The position numbers were made by a program, and so were the translations under genes. From Magallana gigas (lineage: Eukaryota), in NCBI RefSeq assembly GCF_963853765.1, contig NC_088854.1, positions 54,622,001 to 54,686,000 on the forward strand: a stretch of 64,000 nt of DNA. The letters run 5' to 3'. Positions within the stretch are counted from its first letter, which is position 1. Every line of letters begins with the position of its first letter. Of the stretch, positions 11,978 through 23,400 are shown piece by piece. Below the pieces are notes generated by a model. That model did no database searches and was not told where the DNA came from. It saw nothing but the letters and a program-made list of their open reading frames with translations.

Positions 11978-14900
11978 ATGCCAATGACACTTCCAATCAA
12001 TAGCAACTATCACGATAAAGGTGAGCAAATCCAAACTCTACTCTGTAACCCTTTATAAATTTTAATTTCATTTCCAGCAATCTGTTCAAAGCTGAAGTAA
12101 ACGAAGTTTGTTGGAGTTTCCTTTATACTATGGACTATTGTTCGTATTTGACTCTTTGATATGTCTTTTTTAAACAAAACAAACTTTGAACTAACTTACT
12201 GATATTTTCCTTGTTGTTGTGTAGATGCCCAGACACTGCTGGAGTACTTACCTCATCTTCAGTCGCAGCTCTCCGTGGGTGAGGAGGAGGTGGCCTTCCT
12301 CAGGAGGTTCCTTAGAAGGAAGGAGGTGCAGGCCACCATGAAAGTAAGACTTGGTACCACTTGTAGGTATGAGAGTAACTAATACAGGCCACCAGGAAAG
12401 TAAGTGCTACTAGTTATGAGAGTAAATTGTTCATGTCACTTAGAAAGTAAGTAATCAGCACTGTGTGAATGAATAGTATAGGCCGCAATAAAAATAAGTC
12501 AGGTGGTCACAATGAAAGTAAGTACTATTAATAATGAGAGTGAATAATAAAGGTCACCAAGAAATTCAAAGTGAGAAATACCCAGTACTACAGTGTGAGT
12601 GAATCGTTGGAAAAACTCGCTTTTGAAATTTAGTTAAAGAAATGTATTACTCTTTCGGCCAAAATGAACTTGACTCACGTAAAACAAACGTCAAATATCC
12701 TCATATTTTTTAAATTCACGACCGTTGCCATATCTTGCTATGTTTTATAACGACTTTCTGAGTATTTGTTTCCAATATATAGTTCAATTTTATTTCACAA
12801 AGAATTATTATCACGTGTGACGTTGATATGAATATGAGAAATTAGACTCTCGCTTTGATAAAACAATATCCTTCAATTTCTTTCGTTGCAGTCCTATAAA
12901 AGTATATCAATTCTAAGCTACAGAAAATTGCGTCCAGTTTCCATGGCAGCCGTTGCTCTCGCGGCAAATGTGAGTTCCTTTTGATTTCCATTTATATAAT
13001 TATTTTCTATCTGCCACTAGGAAATTTACTTTGACGTAGTTAAAATGTGTTTGTTTTCATTGAATCTTGTATTAGATATAGATGTCTACCACATCAATAT
13101 ACAAGCACAGCAAAAATAAGTACATTAAGACGCAATTAATCAATTGTTCATCATTTATTTTTTATTTTGAAAACTTAGAGACCAGTATCGGATTAGCATT
13201 GCCTTGTTACTGAAATGGTTTACTCTTCTAAAGTACCCTGTTAATTATCAAGATACTGCACACGGCGGTCACAATTGTCCAATTCGTTCTAACAGTTTTA
13301 TTGCCCTTTTGTAATAAGACTTTCCATTCTCTGGTGAACGTGCGTGACAGCGACTTCCTTTGAGAGGGAATCCAAGTTTTATGGTCCTCTTTATGTCTGT
13401 TACGGTCTCCAATTCCAGCTCTTTGAAGCGTCTTTGCAGTTTGTTGAATGAGTTCATGGTTATTTTGAAGTTTTGATTACAGATTTTCTGTGATATTCGA
13501 AGATGCAACGACCATTCTGAACTTTCTGAGGAACTGCTAGAAATTCTGTCAAAACCAAACGTACAGGTACACTACCTATTTTTAATTAGTATTTGGCAGT
13601 TAAGAACGTCATCAGACATATGTTGTCCATTGTGCAAATCACTTTCAAGTGCTAAACTTCTGTGAAACTGTTTTCTAACAAGATGCAATGACGCAGCAAT
13701 GGCGTATTGGTAGAACAGTTTTATGTTGCCCCGACAGGTCAGTCAACGTAACAATTGTTCGACTGTCGATTTATTTTGTCAGAAAAAGTATATAAATATA
13801 TGTATATACAGATATTTCTTTTAAAGTCCGGTGTGTAATCTAATGATCGAAAAACTAAATATATAATATATAACTGTCCAGCTTACAAAAGATGATTCTT
13901 TGATATACCTAAATAGAGATTCTATTCTATTTCAGGGAATGTTTTCTGGTGCTTTTGCATAAACAAATTATGTGTTGCTGTACGTGAGAATATCAATAGT
14001 TCTGTTACCATGAGTACATCAAAAGATAGTAACACTAGACAATACTTAACCTTTGCTTCAAAACATACAACAAATTGAACAAATTTTTTTTTGTAAGTTG
14101 ATTGCTGTGTACGAGCTTGATGGTATAGCAATCAATATCTAATCAATCTCGTACACCTTTTCAAACGAGCTTCATACTCTTTGATTGCAACTAAAGGTAA
14201 TTGCATTACGTAAAAACTGGCTCCAGGATTTGGACTACTGGTGTAAAGTATCCCATCCAAAACCTCGAGTCGGGAGTTCTAGAGCTCCAAATCTGATTTG
14301 ATTACGATAGAGGCGATTTCCTATGAGAGAAGACTCGCAGAAAACTCATCGAAACACTGAATAGACAATATAACGTTCGTTGTAGCGAATATGGAGATAG
14401 TATTCACATACTAAAAGATGCATTATTCTACGTATTTAGACCTTTTTTGTACATTGTACAATAACAATATCGACCACATCACCTTAACAATACCGTATGT
14501 TTCATTGATGTCAAATTAGTATTTTCTTTCAATAGTTGAACTAAAGACGACGTTGAAAGGGAAAAATCAATTCAATTTAAATTTTCCTCAATAAAGTGGT
14601 TAAAGTGACACTGTGATTCAAAATAGATATTTTACTTTTTGATTATGACAACGGAAATAAGAAGAGTTACTCGAAGTGTCATCATGCTGGAGGTTTTTAA
14701 ATTCCCCATCGCTTGCTAAGCTATGAAGCGGAAGAAAAACTCATTGTTTTTGTGTTGGGCTAACGCTTAATTCTGTATTTCTTTTTTCAATTTGATTAAT
14801 TTACCTTTGAACACCTTAATTTTTCAACAGTTCATCTTTTCATATGATATATAGAATTTGTGGAAATCGTGTAAAAATTCGATATTTGCTAAATCATGGG

Positions 14901-17347
14901 TTTGTGCGTCACCATGTCCCTTTAAATTCAAATTCACTTAGTTTCTAACAAATTATGTCACTCTGTGCATTCTGAAGTTGTCTACTATTCTATAATAATT
15001 TCAATTTCTTTCGAAAATTGTTGAGCGAATGTACCGAGATATATCGACCTTAAACAAACCAAATTATACCTTTCTAGGCCTTGCTTTACACACATGACGT
15101 CGTTGCCAAACGTGACTACGACACCGGAAATTGCAATTCCAAAGTAGACAGACAAAGAGAGGAGAGTAATGTTAAGGTTGTGCAGCTGGTGAAAAAAGAC
15201 GAACCGCTGGTGAGACCAGACTCTGAGCTTCCTGTGAAATCTATTGTTACAGAGTGAGACCAATCGACTGGGGATCTAATGGTAGTCTGTTCTTCTTCTT
15301 TATAGGGAGTAACAATTCAGGAAAATGAAAACACAGGCATTATAGAAATTGCCCGGATATTGCACGGCGGAGCAGCCCATAGAAGTGGTCAGCGGTTTTT
15401 TCTATTTTGTAGACGAAACAAACCTAGCAATTAAAGTTATTCCGCATTCTACACTGTTAAGTCTAAATTAACAAAGAAAAAAAGTTCTTTCAATACTCAA
15501 ATTGAAAGCAGATGTCTACGGTTTCTGGCTGCTTAATTAGAAATCAAACTATTTCATTTGCTCAGAAAATAAAAGTCATAAAATAAAAGTGATTGTTTTC
15601 TACACATTTCTATCAGGTCTAATTCACGTGGGAGATGAAATTCACGAAATCAATGGAATCAAGTTCATGGGTCGAAATCCAGACGACATGGCAAACTTGT
15701 TGGTAAATGTATAACCGTTAACATTGCTATAGTAGTTAAATTGTGTCGCAATATAGCCAGTGTCAATCAAATCATAAACATTGGAAATCCACAGATAGTG
15801 GACTGGAATTATACAGAATTGTCAGGTTTTTTTTTGCATATTTACATTTTCTTATTTATATCATTATTTCCCGAATTGTACCGTGACAAAAAAAATGACA
15901 ATAAATTTCAGAAAACACCTTATATCGTATTGCATTTCATTATAGGCCAGAATAACTGGACCCGTGACACTGAAACTCGTACAAAGGCAGGAAGAGCCCT
16001 CCCAAAAACGGGCAAGTAATGTAAGAATAATTACATAAAGGAATATCGTTTGGAAGTTTTAAAAAAGACAAAATTGAAATGAGATTACAATTGTATGATT
16101 TTATTTCGGCTTTATTTATAGACACGAGTGAAAGCACTGTTTTCTTACGACCCAAAAGAGGATACAATTATACCTTGTCAAAATGCTGGTCTTTCCTTTA
16201 CAAGAGGCGACATTTTGCACATTGTTTCCCAAGAAGACCCAATGTGGTGGCAAGCTAGACCTGAAAAGGACTTGGAAGGGATGACGGGTATAATACCGTC
16301 ACAGCTTCTACAGGAAAGGCGAGTACAGCTAGTGCATGCAGCTTATCTATATATAAAACCAAAAGTTTCAAAACTAAACGTTTATTTTTGTTTTTTCCGG
16401 GTTTTCTTTTGACAGACGTGAAATGTTGCAAGAACTTACAACAAAGAAAGAAGTAAAAAGCAGAAGAGCACGTAGGTACATAGAGTCTTGGCTGTCATTA
16501 ATGTGTGTATTGTTACAGCACAACGCTAATTCAATTCAGAGGAGTTTGGTAACTTTTGATTTTAGGATCGGTCAGTCCTTGTAAAGTTAGTCCTCGTATC
16601 CCAAGGTCAAAGAAGGTCAAAAAGGTCATGTATCAAGCAGTTCAAAATGGAGGTATGATGCATTCTGAATCTGCATCTTCAGCAAAGCCATACTCAACAT
16701 CCTTTGGATAATTACATTTAATGCATATTTTCAGAATTTGAAATGGGCAATATTCCTACATATGAAGAGGTAGAGTTGATGAAACCCGATCCCGACCATA
16801 ATAGGCCGCTCATTCTGGCAGGTTGGTTAAGGACCCTCTAAGATACATTCACTTGTCTTTTTTTAAAGTACCTAATATATCAATAAAATCAACTGTTACC
16901 ATCAGGTGAATAAACATGTTTCTTCTGATGAACGCACGATGAAGACTAATATGGATCGTTTTGAGCAGTAGTTTTGACTATTGATTGTATAGAGTGGTTG
17001 TATGATGGCTATAAACGACAATGATGGGAACTACTGACATTATCATTTATATCTCCAACTACAATTGGATTGCGGCCTCTAACTCCCTTTAGGGGCATTA
17101 AGATGTCGAGTGCAATTCCACTTAGCTGGACAATTCAAGAAATGTAAATGTTTTTATTGAGTCTTTTACCCCATTTAGGTGTTTCTAACGTTGGCAGGAA
17201 CGAGCTGAAACAGAGACTGATGGGAAGCAATCCGTCACAGTTTGTTGATGTTGTCCCATGTACGTATTAGTCTCTTCTTTATGGAGTAAACGATTTTTGG
17301 TTTCTTTGAACACAGCCACTTACCATTCATTACTTGATCGTCTAACA

Positions 17348-17410
<63 letters not shown>

Positions 17411-20400
17411 GCAAACCTTTGTGAAAACTGAAAAGGCAAGACTTATTAGCATGTAAGTGACAAATCAAAGTTTTGAACAATTAGCATGTTTTGAAAATAT
17501 TGAAAGAAGGATCCGAAAATGTATATAGTTTCGGAGAAATTGTTTGAAATTACAAATACATAGGGAAAAAGATATTATCCATATCTTATTCTATTGATAC
17601 AGATACCTCAAGACCACCTAAATCCTATGAAGTCCAGGGTCGAGAATACAACTTTGTAACAAGGAGGGAAATGGAAAGTGCAATTTTAGCTAGAAGGTAT
17701 TCATTACCAATTAAGTTAAGACGTCATTAAAGAGAAAGTTCTGGTCAATAAATAGCATGCTAGATGTAGATGTTTCAAAACATATTCCACTACAAGATAA
17801 TGTTCCATTCTTCAGATTTGTTGAACACGGAGAGTACAAAGGTCATCTCTATGGAACCAGACGGGATTCCATTTTGTCTATAGTAGATTCTGGAAGAGCA
17901 CCCATTTTAACTCCAAGTGCAAAGGTTGGAAAATCGTTACCCTATCATGTATAAAGTGTCAAAGATAATGTGTCCATGCAATCATCTACAAGTTTAATAG
18001 ATTTAAATAATACTCACCATTGAGATGTTGACACAAAAATAAATACTTGCATTTTTAAAATTAGATATTTCAATTTAAATCACGTAAAATACAAGTAAAT
18101 CTCATCAAATATTTAAAAGTTTAAAGGTAACACTGTGTTTAACTTAAAATATTAAAGTACAGGATCCGGTTGCACGAACGTCAGTTAAATTTAACTAGCC
18201 GTTAACTTGACGTTAACGTGACGTTAAAATTAACGGCGAGTTAAACGGGTTGCTCAAAAGTTAACAAGCTGTTAAAGCTTAGTTAAGTATCTAATTTAAC
18301 TTACAGATTTAACTCAGGTTACATAGGTACATTAAATATTTAACTAAGCATTAAAATCAAAATGGCGAACTTGTTGTTGTTTGGTAATTTGTTTGCTGGA
18401 AGAAAAGAGAGAGTATACAGGCAGAGAATAGAGATGAACGATTTAAGTGACGATCAAATCCGATCCAGGTTTCGTTTCAAACGAGAATCAATTCTGTTTA
18501 TCGCAAACCTGCTGCGTGATGACCTACAAAGGGCTACTAAAAGAAGCCAGTCAATTGCCGTGGAAACGCAGGTATGTCATACGGGTATATCTATTTTTAT
18601 TTTATTTTTATTTCATGGATAGGCTAAGTAATCATAACACGTTACATGTTTACGAAATACCCCCTCCCCCTCTCTCTCTTTCTCTCATTGAATTAAAAAA
18701 GTACAAAACTGTATGTCTTAAAAATTGTTTTAGAGAGCTACAAGTAATGCAATATGTGTATAGTATATTTCTTCAAAACATATATATATATATAAATAGG
18801 ATGTATTTGCATGTATGTATGCTATTTTGTTTTACTTTTTTCTCTAAACGAACGTCGAATATGACGTCATTTTTACTTTGACGTCATAAAATAAGTGCCC
18901 TTTATTTTTTTCACGGGATCCTGATATTATACGTTTTCTCAAAATTTCAAAACCATGTAAATATAAGGTAGACATTTATACCATTTACCTGATAGATAGA
19001 GGGTGTTTATTTTTATTACTAGAGAAATACATATAACGCCTGTGCATTTTTACTATAAATTTTTTGTAATATTCTGAAATCTCCTGGAAAAAAAGTTGTA
19101 GAAAATATTGGTATGAAAACGTGATAAGTAATGTTTATGTACATGTGTTATGCCGATCATTAAAAATCAAAATAATGAAGTATGAACGGGAATTGATATT
19201 AACTATTAGTAATCATTTTAAACTCCTCCACGATATGTAATTTCGCATGGCAAACTGTTCGAGTAGTTTCTTAGATGTACTTGAATAATTACGCTTATTT
19301 ATTTCTTATATGAAAATTGGGCTGAACATAGGGCTTTTCGAACTACAGACGGAAAACCTCATATGAATCATGTTGTGTACTATATATTTTTATTAACTGA
19401 TTTCTTATGATTGTTTATCAACCATAGTATTGCATTCTACTAGCTTTAGTTGAGTACGAAATGAAAAATAAAATAAAATTTACACACAATGAAATGTTAA
19501 GGTGGCTGGGCGGTCAACAAATTAAGATCTACCGAAATTTACCTAAATTTTAAGATTTTAACTATTGTTGTGTAAAGAAATTATCCGTATAATTCACCTT
19601 TTAAAGTTGTGTATTTCCCTATATTTTTATAGAGTTCTTCTTTAACTGGCCACGACCATCGAGTCCTCTTAAATCACAGACACTTGGGGCATGCCCCCCC
19701 CCCCTTTCAATTGATTTTAAATTTAAAAAAAAATGAGCTGTAACACACTTTTTTCTTGTTTAATTTTCCCAATATGCGTAATATATCACGGATTATGCAG
19801 TCCATTCGTCTCTACAAATTATTTTTAAAAATCGTATTTCTCGACTGACAATAATAAAAAGATCTGCGGTAAAATTTCAGATACAATTGGTAGTATTAAT
19901 CTAACAATGTAATGTGCGGAAACTTAACACATCGATCTTAAATTTTGGAATTGCTCAAGTTTTTTCTACAAAAGCATATTTTTATTCTGTGTGAAGAAAG
20001 ATTACCATGATCATCTTATACAGGTGATGCTTGCACTTCGATTCTTTGCTTCTGGGAGTTTTATGGAAGTGATAGGGGACACCATGGGCTATGATAAAAG
20101 TACGGTGAGCCGAGCCGTGGAGAACGTAACAAATGCACTGCTTACCAAAAAAGACCAATTTTTAAAATGGCCTACGCAAGAGGAAATTAAAAAATCAAAG
20201 GAGAACTTCTATTTGCGTGGTGGGTTCCCGGGTGTCTTTGGGTGTATCGATGGTACACATGTGAGAATACAAGCACCATCAGACAACGAACCAACTTACG
20301 TGAACAGGAAAGGATGGCACTCCATAAATGTGCAAGCAATCTGCTCTCATGACGGTGTGTTAATTTGAGTGTACACTGCATGTAATTTATATTAATTTGT

Positions 20401-23400
20401 CATAAATAAATTCTTATTTAACGACAATTAAAGACAACAAGATGTATGTAGAATTGTAATTTACTTTAAAATTTTAAATTTTGATTATAGTCTAGTATAT
20501 ATTTCCACTAATTACTGAAGCTTAATTCTGAACTGTTTTTAAGGAAACAATATTATATGGAAAAAGTCAGTATATTATAATATGACTTTGTAAGATATTA
20601 TAATTAGATTGTGTATTTTCTCCTTTATAGGGAAATTCATTAATGTTGATGCCCACTGGCCTGGTAGTACGCATGACAGCCACATTTTTCGGGCGTCAGA
20701 AGTCAGCGCATACCTCGAAAATCATCATCGAGGAGTAGACGATGGGTATTTGCTAGGTGACAGCGGGTATGCTTGTTCCAGATTTCTGTTAACACCGTAT
20801 CTTCATCCATCGAACGCCTCTCAGGAGGGCTATAACTCGGCCCATTGTCGCACGCGCAACACTATCGAGAGGGTGTTTGGTTGGTGGAAACGAAGATTTC
20901 ATGTGTTGCATAGTGAGGTTAGAATGAAGCCCGCGAAAGTCTGTAGAATCATTGGCGCTTGTGCAGTTCTACACAACATTGCACTGAGTTTAAAGGAAGA
21001 GATGGAGGATGGTAATCCTCAACAGGATAATGCCGCTGGGCAATTAAATTATCAAGGACCGGAGGATGGCAGGGCAGTTAGGAACTTCATTACAAGAACA
21101 TATTTCTAACGTAACAAATAAAAATAAAAACCTACAAACAATTACATTTTAACACATGACCTGTGTACTTATTTAATTCATAATTTTTTTACTCATCAGA
21201 TAAAGCTTGCAATGCAAGCAAGGCATTTTCATTTTGCGCAAGATTTTGTTTTAAGAGCTCAATTTCATGGGTCAACTTGGCATTCCGCAGCCTCAAGTTT
21301 TCAGTTTCAAGTTCTGACCGCTCAATGTCCTTCTGAATCTTCGCATTCTTGAGTCCGATGTGTGTCTTTTGACAGCATAAAACCTTAAATAAATGAAATC
21401 AATATTAAACCTGCTTAGAACATGCCGGTATTTATCTGTGTAGGAAACTATTCTGATATTCTTTGAATCCATGCACGAACAAAATTGTTGATTCCTTTAA
21501 TATTTTATGCAAGAATTTGATTTATTTTGTTACCTCATACTGCATTCTTTGCAATTCATCAATTGAAATTTTCTTTCGTTTCTTGGGTCGAGAATCCGAT
21601 ACTGGGGGTTCATTTAAAGTGCAGGCCTTGGTCCCCAACTCTGATTCCTTTTCCTTTTCCGCATTGTGCATAGAAGGAAGTATTACAATTTGATTGGTAT
21701 TGCTATTAAATACAAAAAGAAAACAGATATATGGCGCAAACACTATACATTTTTTTTTAAAACGTACGAATAAAATATCATATTATACAAGTGTATATCA
21801 AAACATTAAAAAATCATTTTTTCCATCAACTATAATCATTTGTATGTATTTTATATAAGGGGTTTAATTTTGTCAAATATGCACAATTCATCTTTCACAA
21901 TCAATTAATGAAGAACGTTTCGATTCTTTGTGCCAAACAATATATTTTTTCAACAAAAAATTCCAATAATGTGAAATGAAAAATAGTAAATAAAAAAATC
22001 GTGAAACACACTCGAAATTTACGACTTCAGGAACGTCTTCAACAGCTTCGGTTTCAGTTGCCTTGCGGACTTTCTTCGTATTCCAAAGAGGAAGAGGTAC
22101 CGGGAGCATCTAACTCAGCATCCTTTAAAACCCCTACAGAAAGAAATTTATAAAATTATAATAATAGAGTAATGCTACAACTTTAAGAGTAAGAAAAAAA
22201 CTGTTCATAATATAATCAGACATAACCCTTAATATTATACAAAATATAAAACACTTTATTTAACTTTTTAAACTTTTTTACGTTTAGTGTACGAGATTGT
22301 AAGTGATTAATTTTCAAACACAGTTACCGATTAATAAATTATTGATAAATAAATTGATAAAACTGATAAAAGATTTTGCAGGCACCTAGCATCGGGGAGG
22401 GGGGGAGGGCGCTACATTTTTGCGCAGCAAAGATTTTTCTTAAATTTTTATACAAAAAAACTGAATTAACATGGAGTTGCCCCCCCCCCCTTTTTAGGGA
22501 CCATGTAAAATATTGAAATGATAAAAAGGAAATACACAGCGAAATTGAAGATAAAGGTAAACTCCCCCCCCCCCCCCTTCCACGGATATTTGTTGTCAGG
22601 ATTTTGTAAAGTAATCTTTTTCCCTTTTTTTGTTTGCTTTTCAAGATTTTTTGGATTAGTCCCCCGCCCCCCCCCCCCCCCCCCCCCCACTTTCAAAAAC
22701 GATGATACGTGTGTTTTTACTTTAAATGAAAGCTGAAAAAAGAATAATGTATAAAATATTAAAACAACCTATTTTGCACCCCAATATTGACGTCATTTTC
22801 TTAAATGAAGTAGGGGGGCTAACCCAGATGGTTTTAATGAATGGTGCGTGATGTGAGTATCAACTTTTGTATGTTAAAGAAACGTAATGTATGTATAGAA
22901 AGTATTAGGCCTACTGTATAGTTTTTATGTGATTTAATGAAGGATATGATGGATTGACATTTGTGAAATCCAAACTTTTAATAACAAGTCATAGATTATG
23001 TTATTGCTTGTTATAACGTTAGGTGTTTTTGCACAGAAAAGCGAATATGGACACGATAGCTTTGAATATCATTGTGGTGAAAGAAACATGTGCCAGTTTA
23101 TAAGTATCATCCTTGTACAAGTACTTAATATAAGGTAAGAACTGGTATATGTATTAATCACAAGTTTTAAGCTTGTCTGCATTCGGGGAATCCCCTGTAA
23201 TTTCAATCATCAATGTGTTCCCATAATTGACGTCATCAATTTGTGAGGTGTTTGTCAGACGACAATGTAAACAAACCATACAATCTCAGTCATCGGTGAA
23301 ATTTTCCAGTAAAATTGATAATTGTTTTATTTCAAGGATTTGCATTAATTTATTAATTTATCGGTCAAAAACCCACATTGTGTCATACCTGTTGTGGCGG

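Noticed and set aside
17235-17480. ORF with SLSLSL run
   Set aside because: Produced by the (AG)n microsatellite.
22339-22736. Gly/Pro-rich ORFs (also 50451-50669)
   Set aside because: Artefacts of poly-G/C tracts in MITEs.
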